The notes under the pieces were generated by a model. The model ran no database searches. It had not been told where the DNA came from and saw nothing but the letters and a program-made list of their open reading frames with translations. Shown one piece after another: positions 52,150 through 63,577 of a stretch of 64,000 bases of DNA. This DNA is from Dicyema japonicum (lineage: Eukaryota; Animalia; Dicyemida). The translations under genes and the position numbers were made by a program. Every line of letters starts with the position of its first letter. Within the stretch, counting starts at the first letter, position 1. The DNA is taken from assembly GCA_011109175.1 (NCBI GenBank), contig RDEW01000002.1, positions 2,148,997 through 2,212,996 on the forward strand, in the 5' to 3' direction.

Positions 52150-52424
52150 TACTACGAGAAGTATACTCTGTTTTTACCTTGGACGATGTTAAAAAAATTA
52201 AAGTTATTTCCAAAGACCAAGGGTAACCAAACTAACTCCTCGATCCTAACTCGTTCCAGCATTTCAGAACTTGTCACCAGGTAACGACGTTGTCCCCGGG
52301 GAAGAATTGTTGGATCCTCTTGATACCGGCCAGGCATTGGGCACCTCCTCAGTAAGGTGGATCCAGTGACGTTATCGGAAAGAAATGAAATACAACTATC
52401 CACGTAGCACTACATGGCGCCACG
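52150..52424 (-). mobile_element. Subfamily A element, head-to-head with the next B copy
   Basis: Homologous to 43575-43862; head GCGTGGCGCCATGTAGTGCTACGTGG. Confidence 0.75.
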
Positions 52425-52506
52425 CAATAATTTTTTTTATACTTGAATGGATTTTTGCTCGTTTGAGTGAGTTAAATTTCGCCACGTGGCGCCATGTGTT
52501 ACGTGG
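52400..52506. repeat. Inverted repeat formed by the heads of the two elements
   Basis: CCACGTAGCACTACATGGCGCCACG (52400-52424) versus CGTGGCGCCATGTGTTACGTGG (52485-52506). Confidence 0.85.
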
Positions 52507-52764
52507 CTAATTGGTTGAAGTTTTCTGTTTGTTTTGTCTGTTTTTCCTATAGAGTGGCGTCATGTGATCCTCATCTCTCATGTGGCGCCCAGTACCAGGC
52601 TGGAACGAAAAAGGATCATTTGCTTTCCCCTACTTTACTGGAGGGGTTTCAAAAACAGCAAGTTCCGGATGGACTCTGTTTCTGTAGGAGTGGAAACTGG
52701 ATACACTCAACTAGTGGTTTACTTTTAACTTTTTTCCCGGTGTATCCGCTGTTAATAAATTAAA
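52481..52764 (+). mobile_element. Subfamily B element (internal deletion of about 26 nt relative to the 22 kb and 44 kb copies)
   Basis: Head GCCACGTGGCGCCATGTGTTACGTGG, pyrimidine tract, core GGCGCCCAGTACCAGGCTGG..AAAGGATCATTTGC, hairpin 52699-52706/52740-52747, GTTAATAAATT tail. Confidence 0.9.
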
Positions 52765-53745
52765 ATTATTGTGGTGTATTGAAAAAATGTTCAATTCTAA
52801 TGACAAATTCCTATTTCAAGTTTATCTGTACTAGTAAAACTCATGGAATCCCGGGCAATATCTAAAATTTATTCTTTCAAATCATTAATTTGTTAGAGGG
52901 TTCTTTTTATCGTTTCATTTTCTCTTGGTTCACCATTATAATTCATCATATATTTCTTCATGTAATAATTCCTCTATAGCAGGAGTTCACAACCTTTTTA
53001 GAGCTCGCACTCTAAATATTTTTCATAAACTCTCGCACCCCAAGAACATTTTCAATTTATATTATTATTTTTATTTAACCAGAGGTTTCCATAAAAAAAT
53101 TTAACAATCAAACTGGCTAAGAACAGAAGAGCTTGGAGCAAGCTAACTCTTTCTTATATTTTTTGCTACACATGCGGAGCTCGTGAAAGTGCTAATAATA
53201 ACAATAAAACACAATAAACTTTAAATTAACAAAAATAAAAAGAACAAAAGTAAACAATGGCTTTTTTCTTGTTTATTTTTAATGATTTTGTGGAATCTTG
53301 GGATTTTGTTGCTAATCACAATACCAAGTCATTTTCTCAATTCAGGCGATTTCTATATTTATTTTAACTGCCAAAAGAGAGCTGAATCCTGATTCAAACA
53401 AGTAGTCATTGCAAATGGAAGAATAAGTTCATATAAATCCGTTCAAGATAATCGAGGATACATTTTCACTACTGAACTCCAAAGCTCCTCCAATGTACAA
53501 TTGTGGAATTCTATTTGAAGTGCAAAAAAATTAACTATAAATTTTTAAAATCTCGTATTCCCTGGAGGTGTAAGCAGCACCGGTTGGGAACCCCTGCTCT
53601 ATAGTTTCTGATACCTTTTCATCGCTTTGACAGAAGAAAACGAATGTGCCCACCATGTGGTGAATTATCAAAAAAAACATTGGGGGGTGGTAGTAAGCGA
53701 TCCACGAGGTAGTTCATACCTACAACCATAAAGTCGCAAAATCTC

Positions 53746-53870
53746 TATTAACCCCCGGAACCACAAAAAAAGATAAGAACTATAGTCTAATGAAGTAACC
53801 CCAGTGTCAACGCCTCACTTCCCCCACGGTTTTCAGCGAAACCCTAATATCCATAAAGGGAGGTTGCGTA
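53746..53870 (-). mobile_element. Highly diverged 3' part of a subfamily B element
   Basis: TATTAACCCCCGG..CTCACTTCC..CCATAAAGGG resembles TATTAACCCCGG..TTCACTTCC..CCATAAAGGG at 44120-44224. Confidence 0.55.
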
Positions 53871-53929
53871 AGGATGACAGTCAAACGACCATAAAGGTGG
53901 ACAATACAATCAAAATAAATAAAAATAAT

Positions 53930-55044
53930 TTAGAAACGGGAGTAATACAACAAATAGGGAGTTCCTAGATCATGGGCATAAATATCCACCCCTTCTCTCA
54001 CCGAATTATCACTACACAACATCCAACTTCCGTGACTATCAATCACCGTTATATAATGTCCATGGGAGGCGCTGAGTCCCCTGTGAAACTGAACAGCCAC
54101 CAATCGGAATCTATATCCACCCAAAACCAAATCAACTGGAAATTTCACTTTTCTCACGGATTTCACCGCCCCCCTGCTCGAAAACTGAGTCACCATCAAC
54201 TGAATTATAAGAGTATTCGACAATGAGTGAAGTGAGGACCCAAACTGGGGATTCCCTTTTCCACGTGATTTCTCATTGGAAAGAAAGTCCTCCAAAGACT
54301 GTTCCAAGTTGACAGAATTCTAAGAACTCCCCAATATACATACGGAGATAGGGAGTTGGAGAATAAACAGTTTTTGGATCTCAAAACTATTCAGGTTGTT
54401 GTACTTTGTGACTGTAAATGTAAGCTGGCAGCCGAAAATTGAAGAAATCACCGATTTTGTGATCCCCGACTTGATAATCACCCAGCCTTTACTTTCTTGA
54501 TCTTCACAGCCTTCTTTTTCGTCGCAATGGACCACCCATCGTCCTCTTCCACATGTGACCCAATGAATCCGATCAATTCGTCGTCCATTCTCTCCAGTAA
54601 TCCGTTAACAAACTCCCCCACATCCTGTTGCTCCTAATAATCCCCAAACAACGGAAACCTGAGTCTTGTAACCCAAAACAAATTCGATTATCTCGGACTT
54701 CCTGTGGCTGGTCCCCCATTCGTGGAGACACCCTTGTTTAACCGCACAGAGGGCACCAACCCTACGATGATAAGACGGAGAATACATAAACGTAATGACT
54801 GGGAGACTGGCAAAGTCATTTGGGGGGAACTGTGAAATCCCGTGAAGAAAGTCAGTGAGGAAGCCATTAGACAAAAGAGCATATAAGGACTTTGATTACA
54901 AAAATGTGAAACCGAGTTGACGTAGCACTCATTCTTAGCGTTTCTAAGAGGGGTGAATTTAAATGGGGGACAATTTGTTGGTCCAACTTTGTATGATGAA
55001 ATGTACTCGAAAATATTATAGTTACTTTTCACAGAATACATCAC
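53930..55044 (-). CDS. Minimal ubiquitin-specific protease (peptidase C19), catalytic domain only
   Basis: After splicing: Cys box LRNAKNECYVNSSLYALLSN, QEQQDVGEFV, His box HRGLSASHGHYIT..WMLCSDNSV..PYLLYYSR*. Confidence 0.85.
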
Positions 55045-56039
55045 TAAGTTGAGGTTTTTAAAATATTAATTTTAAATTAAAATATTTTTTTACGAATATT
55101 AATATTATCTTGAGAGTTATTCGGTTTTTCTCCCAAGCTTACAGCTTAGACATCCCCGTCACTTTATATGCGAATCCCTGAACAAAAGAAAAATATGACA
55201 ACCTGTCTCTAATTATAACCTCCATCGCTTCCAGCCTCAACGACAGGGGTCGTGTGAAGCAGATCCACGGATTTTTTATACGAGAATTATCCAAGGACTC
55301 GATGATAATAAAATACTACGCCTGCCTACTCCTCCAATCGATAAATCAGAATCCTCTCTTCCAAGGGACATCTGGGTATTCAGGCTTGTTTACAATGCGG
55401 GCATCATCACTCACTTCCGATAATGTAAAAGATGTCCTCTGCTCCTTTTGAAACCTTTACGAGTTGACAGCAAATCACCTTTTGAATGCCCTAACTAGTA
55501 CGCTGTTAGTCTACCGTGCCAAAGTTGCAGCTTCCTACATAATAGCCTCTGGTCTCCTACAAGTTAGTGAAGCCCGGGTGACTCAACTAACTATACTTGC
55601 AGCTTGTCTTGCCGACGCACATATTGTTTATCCAAGGGCTCTCCAGAATATCAAACTGAACTGTGTACGAGAAGATGAAGTGATTGCCAATCTCAATTTA
55701 AAACAGAGACTTGATGGAGACTCTTTTGGCATATTTTGAGAATTACATGGAAGCCATCGCTAGCGTGGCAATGCAGGACTTCGCATCTGAAAGACAATGA
55801 CTTTCACTAATTATGTTAAGCTGTCTTTGACACAAAGTACGGGACGGGAGAGGGCACACAAATCTTGCAAACTTTTGTAATTCAGTTTATGTAAGGGAAT
55901 GCCTGATTCGCCTCATCAATACAAGAGTAAGTAGACGGGGTAAGAAATCAGATATTTTTTCAGGTTTGTCATCTGAGTGATAAACTGGTTAGTTTCAGAT
56001 GTTCTAAAGAATACGATGTGATAGTTTTAAGGAGGAGTT

Positions 56040-56790
56040 TCAGGCGGGAAATATCTGCTTTTTGATATCTCGCGAAAAACTCAAAGATGAAGACAATAAC
56101 CACTCAAGAAATTCAACTGGCCTGTATAAGACTTAAGAATGACAAAGCCCTGGTCCAGACTGACTCAAAGGAAGGATCAACAAGAAAACCGAAGGATCTA
56201 TCTATCAACATACCAGTGGCTTTCAAAATTTTTCAAAATAACAATGGGGACCCCACGAGGAAACCCCCTATATTACTTGTAATTTATCTGGAATCGATAC
56301 TCAGAGATCTGAAGCCTCAAAGGAGAATGGACGTTGTAGCTTATGCGGACGATGTTGACTTAGTATCGACAAGCACTCACCCGATTGATAAGAGTTATGC
56401 AGCAAGGACTGTCTGAATGGTTTCTTACATTAGACATGGATAAAACGGAGGTGAGCGAACTCAAAAGAGAGGAATCAAGGACTAACGAAATCTGGTGCAA
56501 GACTAACAAGTTAGACAGGCTCCTAGGAGAGCATGAAGACATTGCGATGAGAAAGACGACTGCAAATGAAGCATTGCAAAAAATGAAAAAATGCTTGATT
56601 TTATAAAAAAGGCTGAATACGTAAACGAGAATACGCTTGTACAATGCGTTGGTCAAGCTTGTGTTGCTTTGCAACGAGAGCACCTGGGCCTGTTCAGAGA
56701 CCGACTCAAAGTTGGACTCGTCCCACCGAATGCAATTGAGGAAACGATGTCGTTCCGTACATGAACATCGAACAGAACTATGTACGAGAG
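56040..56790 (+). mobile_element. Decayed RTE-like LINE RT
   Basis: IRLKNDKA, VVAYADDVDLV, LTLDMDKTEV, RLYNALVKLVLLCNESTW. Confidence 0.8.
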
Positions 56791-57857
56791 AACGAAGTAT
56801 AAAATTTTTATTGAAAATGAAAAATTAAAAAATTGAATTTATTGACATAAAATTAATTTTTGATTTAATAATATTTTTAAACAATTTTAATTTGACTTTA
56901 GTGACTATCGAATCCGAAAGATGGAGTTTTCAGCGAAGGTCAATTCTCGTCAAACAGAACCCATCCATGAGGCGACGAGTCCTTCTGACACGACACAGTA
57001 GTTGAAAGAGATATTCCTACTTTCCCCTTGAAAAATCCTCTGGTGAAGATCATTATGAAAAACTCTTCCGTCTAAGATGAAGTGATGTCCGGTGACTGTA
57101 TGACGTGTGATGAAAATGGAATAAGACGAACCTACTTCTCCATCTTTTTCTCAAGTGGAAACCATTTATAGACTATTGGAGGGTGGATTGGTTGTCACAA
57201 GCAGATGTTCTCCCTTGGATTAATTAGTTATGACTGTTTGTGCTTGGCTTACCAAAGATTGTAAGCCTGGGGTTAATAAATAAAATAGATCGACCTACTT
57301 ATCACTAATAATGGAGCTTCTTTTGGCATATTTTCAGAGTGGACTTAGGGCTCAAGTGAACGTGGTTATAGAAGACCGTGGTTACCAACTTAGTAGTTGA
57401 CTACCTTCCTCCATCATAATGGATCGCCAATTTCTTCAAGTAGTCGGAGAGATCGGATTATGAGCCCTTTGCCAATTACACAAGTAGGTTAGTGTAAGAC
57501 CATATCCTGGGACCGGCAGTATTACCATAAGTGATCCCCAACACTAAAGTCGGCTTTTTCAACAACTTTAAAGAATTTAATCCACAATATCGAGGACTTA
57601 GAAAAAAGGCACAACGTGTCCACTTAATGACCTTCAAACATAGCCGTCTTATCGAAGCACTAACTATTTCCTAAAACACAACAACGACTGCATACCAAAA
57701 TTCCAATCTTGTAACATTTATCCACAAACATACCATTGCAATCATTATATAACACCACAGCTATCCACAGATACACCATTACGATCATAACTACAGCCAC
57801 CCCCACAACAAAACCCCCCATAATAGAGAATACACTCAAAGCATTAGTCAAAAACAA

Positions 57858-58988
57858 TCAACTACGTAAAAGTTTGATTTTCTTAATCAAGTAATTACGT
57901 TCATCAACAAAGGGCTCATCATCCGATCTCTCCGACTGAAATTTGTCCAAAAACAATATCAACTTATCCCTATTTTGCAACAAAATATCATGCACTGGCT
58001 TAGCCATGTCCTCGTTCAATACAAATAGCTGCAATTCACCCAACCACTACCTTAAACAACTGGAAAGCCTGAAACGCCACATTCTTTCCTTCCAAGCTCA
58101 GGTGCCTCATTACAAGCTTCAGATTCTCAGCACAGTTCACAAATCTCTTCGAAACCGGCAAATACTCCCGAAACAAGAACAACTCGTAGATGAACTACCA
58201 TACCACCACCAGATACCTTCAAAATGTGCAACTTGTGAAGATAGTTCAAATCAAGAAGCTCAACGATCGTCTTGGCGAAGAATAGGTCGTAGTTATTCTG
58301 CAGAAATTGTGACCCCAACTGCTTGTGAGTCGTGAATATCATCCAAACTAAGACCACCTATACCTTTAGGGTCGCATGGGCGTTCATCATGAGAGACACG
58401 TCACTGTTCTTTGAATATTCAAGGAGGTCAAATATAAGTTCATTGCACACGTGTCTAGCCAGTGACTCGTGCTTGAGGAACTCTTGCATTAACTGATACG
58501 AGGTCTGTGCCACGTCGGCTACTCCGTGTCTAAGATTAGTGGTGGCATACCCTCCTATCAGTATGTGAATATCTCCGGCTTCTTCTCGAGGTACTCAACG
58601 GCAGGGATTCTTCCCCCGACTTGGCGGGACATTATTTTGGCAGTTATTATTACCACGTCCTTTCGGGCCTCGACATATTATTAAGTGGAACCTCGAATTC
58701 TATGTACTTAAGGTTCTTTATAAAGAGCTCTATTAAATGCTGGAAAAGGAACTCTGTCGTGATCTGAACAACTACTTCGGAGACCACGGGAACTGAAGAA
58801 TCACGTGAACCCAAGAGAAGAGTTTTTATGGTTTGTAGCTGTTTGGTTAGATCTTCAGAAATCTATGGATTTGGGATAAATTCTGCCTTTTCTACTCGTC
58901 TGGGTTCCTTTTCGAAGGATATGAGAATGGTTGCCAAATTCTTCACAATTTCATATGGAGTCTTTGATGATTTGCCGAAGAAAGGCAT
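57858..58988 (-). CDS. CAB39: Calcium-binding protein 39 / MO25
   Basis: MPFFGKSSKTPYEIVKNL, IEFEARKDV, TTHKQLGSQFLQNNYDLFF, PVHDILLQNRDKLILFLDKFQSERSDDEPFVDERNYLIKKI. Confidence 0.92.
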
Positions 58989-59886
58989 GCCCCTAAATTA
59001 TGTGTCACACAACAAACCAATTAATTTAAAATGATTTAAATAATACTTTATTAATCTATAGATTTCAATAATATTATTTAAATAAATAAATGAATAATAA
59101 ATTATTATTTAAAATACTGATACAGGTTATATTGGAAATTTCATTGGCCCATGTGAGCGAGTATAAAAACGTTGATGTATTCAATACACACAAAAAATGA
59201 ATGACATGTTGTTGATTTAATTTTTCATTCATTTTCAATACACACAATGTTACATATGGCTGCATTGGTGGGTGACTGATGGTTGAACTTGCTGGCTTAT
59301 AAGGGGATTTATGAGCGAGCTTAATGGAGGTTATGGATAAGATGAATTTGGGGAGTATAGGGGACAAATCCCTCGGAATATACAGGCTTTTAACGTTTAG
59401 TATATGAGTACTCGGACCACGAGACTAGAACCTTACAGTTCGTATAAGGACGCTTTAGTTATGAAAATCGAGCACCCGATCTCTCCAAAGTCTCATTTCA
59501 CGAGAAAGAGGACGAGGGACCTATTGACTATGTGCTACTCCATTCAACCTAGTGACGATCGACTAAGTCAGCAATCATTCAACTGGGTGCTTTATTGGCA
59601 GCAATGTTTGAGATAGGTCGTGGTTACGACTATCGTCTGTGGTATTTGAGATTGACCAGCTCCAACTTTTCTCTTCCTACCAGATTCAGTCCCGAGGGGT
59701 GAATAATTACATTTTCTAAGAATAAACATGCGTTAGCTGCGTCATACCATAACAGCCAGCCAGAGACAAATATTCTCTCATATGATTGATAATCACTCTA
59801 GTTATATGACAATGCTCCAACAGTTCGATTCCCCCACAGATTACTTGGTCCGGTTTTCTTACCTCTGTTATTGGTCCTCCCTCGTT

Positions 59887-60000
59887 CTAATAGAATGGCG
59901 CCATGTGATTCACGTGCATAAAATGACAATAGAAGGGATCATTAGCTCTTTCCATCACTCAAAAGGGTACCCACAAAAGCAAGGACATGATTTTTTCTTT
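59887..60000 (+). mobile_element. Diverged 5'/core part of a subfamily B element
   Basis: CTAATAGAATGGCGCCATGTGATTC..GAAGGGATCATTAGCTC..CACAAAAGCAAGG versus CTATAGAGTGGCGTCATGTGATCC..AAAGGATCATTTGCT..AAAACAGCAAG at 52548-52661. Confidence 0.65.
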
Positions 60001-62299
60001 TGGATGTTTCATAGCACGTGCACTCTTTTGACTCCCAATCGGAAATAATGTTCAAGACTTAAAGTCATTGGAGATCTAGTTTATGTAAAAAGGATTATTT
60101 TTTCTACTCTTCAATGACACTCAATGATGGTAACTGGACTGTTCCCTCTTAGTTTCATTCACGACGATGCCAAGTAGAAAGCAGCGCTGGAACTCTTCCT
60201 CCGGCCAACTTATCCTTCTTAAAGAAATTTGACTTAATCTTCCTCTTTGTATAAGGATTTACTAGGGGGTCCCCCCAAATACAACCAAGATGCAATGAAC
60301 GGCCAAGAATAATAATCCCATTCGTTCTGAGTGAAGATCTTTAAGGAATATAACCTTAATGAACTACACAAAATGCCAACACTCTGAAACAAATGAAGGA
60401 GACTTTTAGTACCCGAAAGAGGATGAGTTAATTAATGACTAATTAATGTATAACTAGTTCCCCGGTTATATCCCCAGTTTTCAGAACCTCTCCAGTAAGG
60501 AACAAAGATCATTTTTAAATACCGACTACTGGTGTCTCCCAGATGAATGCAAATCGATGGTTACACTAATGTTGGACAATATTACTAAATGATTGAATAA
60601 TAATTAATATAAAAGTGTTACTCAGTCCATTCATCAATAAAAGTTTCACTGGAATACAAAAAATTGGACATAACCTGAAAACATAATTACAAGGCAAATT
60701 CATAAATATTTTCTTTGTTTACACTTCATAATCATAAACACAGACACTCTTATTGGGATATTGTCATATTATCATTCAAGGAAACAAAGAGTCGGATTTT
60801 CAACTATTTTTAAAGTCCGGCTTGTGTCCCTGATATTTTAGCCACTTAATTCGCGACCTTTCGACGTCTCTCTTTAAATTTTACGTGATTTTTGGATTTT
60901 AATTATTATTGACTAGAATCGGGCTAACAAACATATCTTGTGTGGAAATAAGTTTATCAAGACTCAAGCTAATGATCTCTACATCATCAGAAATAATCAT
61001 GTTTTTGTGATATCGATTGTCTATAATCGAAAAAAGTTGTACTTCTCATAATTTTTCTTTGAGTTATCTCAAAGAATCACAAATTTGTAATACATAATCT
61101 CCAATAATTGATTCTACATATTTCAGAACCAAGCATGTTCTTGCCTACGATTCAGAACTTTGACACTTATTATTGAAAACACCTATTTTTCGAATCTCTC
61201 GGAATTACGGGCTGAAAACAATCCCTCCATACTCTCACGTGCTTCTAACTAACACTTTTAATATTCCAAATAACCTTTGAGTTAATTTTAATCTTATTTT
61301 AATTTCTCAAGTCTTTACGTCGTAGTACCTGAATTAGTGAATTTGTGTTTGTCAAGTATTCATATTCTTGTCGGACTATAAATAGACAGGGATTATCAAG
61401 GTTTGTTGTTCCCACACTAAAATCTGACTTCGATATTCACTTGAACATCAATTGAACTCTGGTAGAATTTAAATTCTCTTAATTTGCTGAAATTAGTTTT
61501 TCAACCAATATTAGATCTGTCAATCAACATAGATTTCTGTCCACCTCGTGGTTACTAAGTCGGATGATGTCGCTGGTGAGCTTTGATACAGAGAAGCATT
61601 AGATGGACCAATGTCTGCACTGGAGGAGTTTGGAATCGCCTGCCTTTAGGAGGGACAAGAAAATTATTATTTATTTAACATCCCAAGACCACGGTAAAAT
61701 CAAACTAATTATCACGTGATCCCGATGCGTTCCATTAGAGACTTCATCTTGTCCCGGTTTTCCTCCCTCGTGTGCATGGTCGTACTGGATGACTGACTTA
61801 ATTTACGGGTCGTATTCCCGCATTCTTGAGTCTAGTCGCATAAGGCCTTTAGAGGAGTCGGTCCGGTTCAATGTTCCCCACATTTCCAACGCTCCGTTAC
61901 TCTGAAAACCCTTTTTTGAATTTCCTGATCTTCGTCATATTTTTCCAAGACATGGAAGGTCCACAAGGCGCATGCATATGTGTACTGTCAGTACACGTTC
62001 ATCAGGACCATTGTTGGTTATATCCTTAATAGCTAAATCGTATAATCAAGTGAATTTTTTAGTGAAATGCTACAGAGGGGGATATGATAAGAGATGAGTG
62101 TCCTATGGTTTCTCGTCTTTTCTCTCTTGAACTTTGTTTCATTCCACTTACTCAGCTCTCGCCAAGGAGGAAACCTTGTGATCCTCGACAACCACGAATC
62201 CTATTTTCGGCATAGGTGATCCCTTTCATACCCACCACACCCATTAAATCCACGTACGTCTTCGAACATGATTTTGTTTGGTTCAAGGGAAGCTTGATA

Positions 62300-62700
62300 C
62301 CTGCTTTAGATCTCGCTTGGACAGTCTCCATAACAGCACCATGTGTGGAAGAGCTATTTTGTCTTTTTATTTTGGGTCAGAGAGTATCCCTGACATCATG
62401 AGGACCACTACATCGGATGCATCTTTAGGTGTTCCAACAGAATCGGACAGTGTGGCCATATCTCTGACAATAATAGCATCTAATCAGGGGATTCCTGGCC
62501 CACTTACAGAGATTCTCTCCCATCCATTTGAGACTAACGAAACGAACGAAAGATAGAGTTTTCCCCTTGAACAAAATAGTTTTTTTCTAACAGGAGTATC
62601 CCCATCCGGCTGTAAAACTCACTGTTTGAACAATCCGCAAATGTTGTATTTCGAAATGTTCTTTATGTTTGGATGACTTTTCCCTCTGACTAGTAATTGG
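62300..62700 (-). mobile_element. Decayed LINE ORF1 (gag-like) with CCHC zinc knuckles
   Basis: Minus frame reads RNPLIRCYYCQRYGHTVRFCWNT*RCIRCSGPH (CYYCQRYGH at 62452-62478), the Jockey/I-type ORF1 signature, with in-frame stops. Confidence 0.75.
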
Positions 62701-63508
62701 TCTATCTTCGAAGGCTTGGTTTTACTTGGCGGCATGTCATGGGGTTCTTTCCGTGCTATCACTTTTTGTAATTTTCCTAGCGAATCAACTCAATATATAA
62801 AAAAACTAAATTTTAGAAAAAAAGACAAAGAATGATATCGTGGAACCAATATTTTAGAAAAATCAATACAGTTCTTTTGCTAGACTATAAAATAAAGTCG
62901 ACGTACATGAATGTCTAAATTGCTCCATTACGGATGAAACCATTGTCTCCTCTTCCAAAATGACTAATGAATATCACAGAATAAAGAAATATCGGAAATC
63001 CGAACAAGCGAGCCCAAATTCCACCCCAAATCTAAAAGAGTGGGTTCATTTCTGCTGTCCCTGTAACTCTATGCAAACCCCAAAAACAAAACCTATTTTT
63101 TGTGCCTGTTACAGTTTATCAAAAGACTAAGTGAAGTCAATGGAACACAGCTAAAATCTTACGAATACATTTTATGAAGTGATTATTATAAAAAGATTAG
63201 TAGTTAACTAAAATGTTATCTTATAACCTATTTTGCTAATTTTGTCTGATAAAAGTCCTTATGCTATTTTCAAATCAGAAAATTACAATTATCCAGCTGA
63301 GAAGATGGAATGACAGTTTTCCTTGACAACTGCCAGAGAAATCCTTTGGAACAACAAATCATCCCACTTGATCAAATACTGTATTCAACTTATGCAATTT
63401 CTCCACTAGACTTCCATAAATTATGTCAGAGTGGCCTTATTATTTTTTCGATTTTTCGTGATTGTTCAATGAATTTCCATTCTTAATTCATATTTTTTAA
63501 ATTATTAT

Positions 63509-63577
63509 TTTTTTAACAATTAAACAAATGTCAGTTGAGGAAGCCTGCTGCGTGGATTGCGAACGAGTTCCCTCGGA
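63509..63577 (+). repeat. Second copy of the 69-bp segment, followed by a GT..AG micro-intron
   Basis: Identical to the reverse complement of 4650-4718; ATG at 63528; next bases GTATGG..TCTTAG. Confidence 0.95.
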
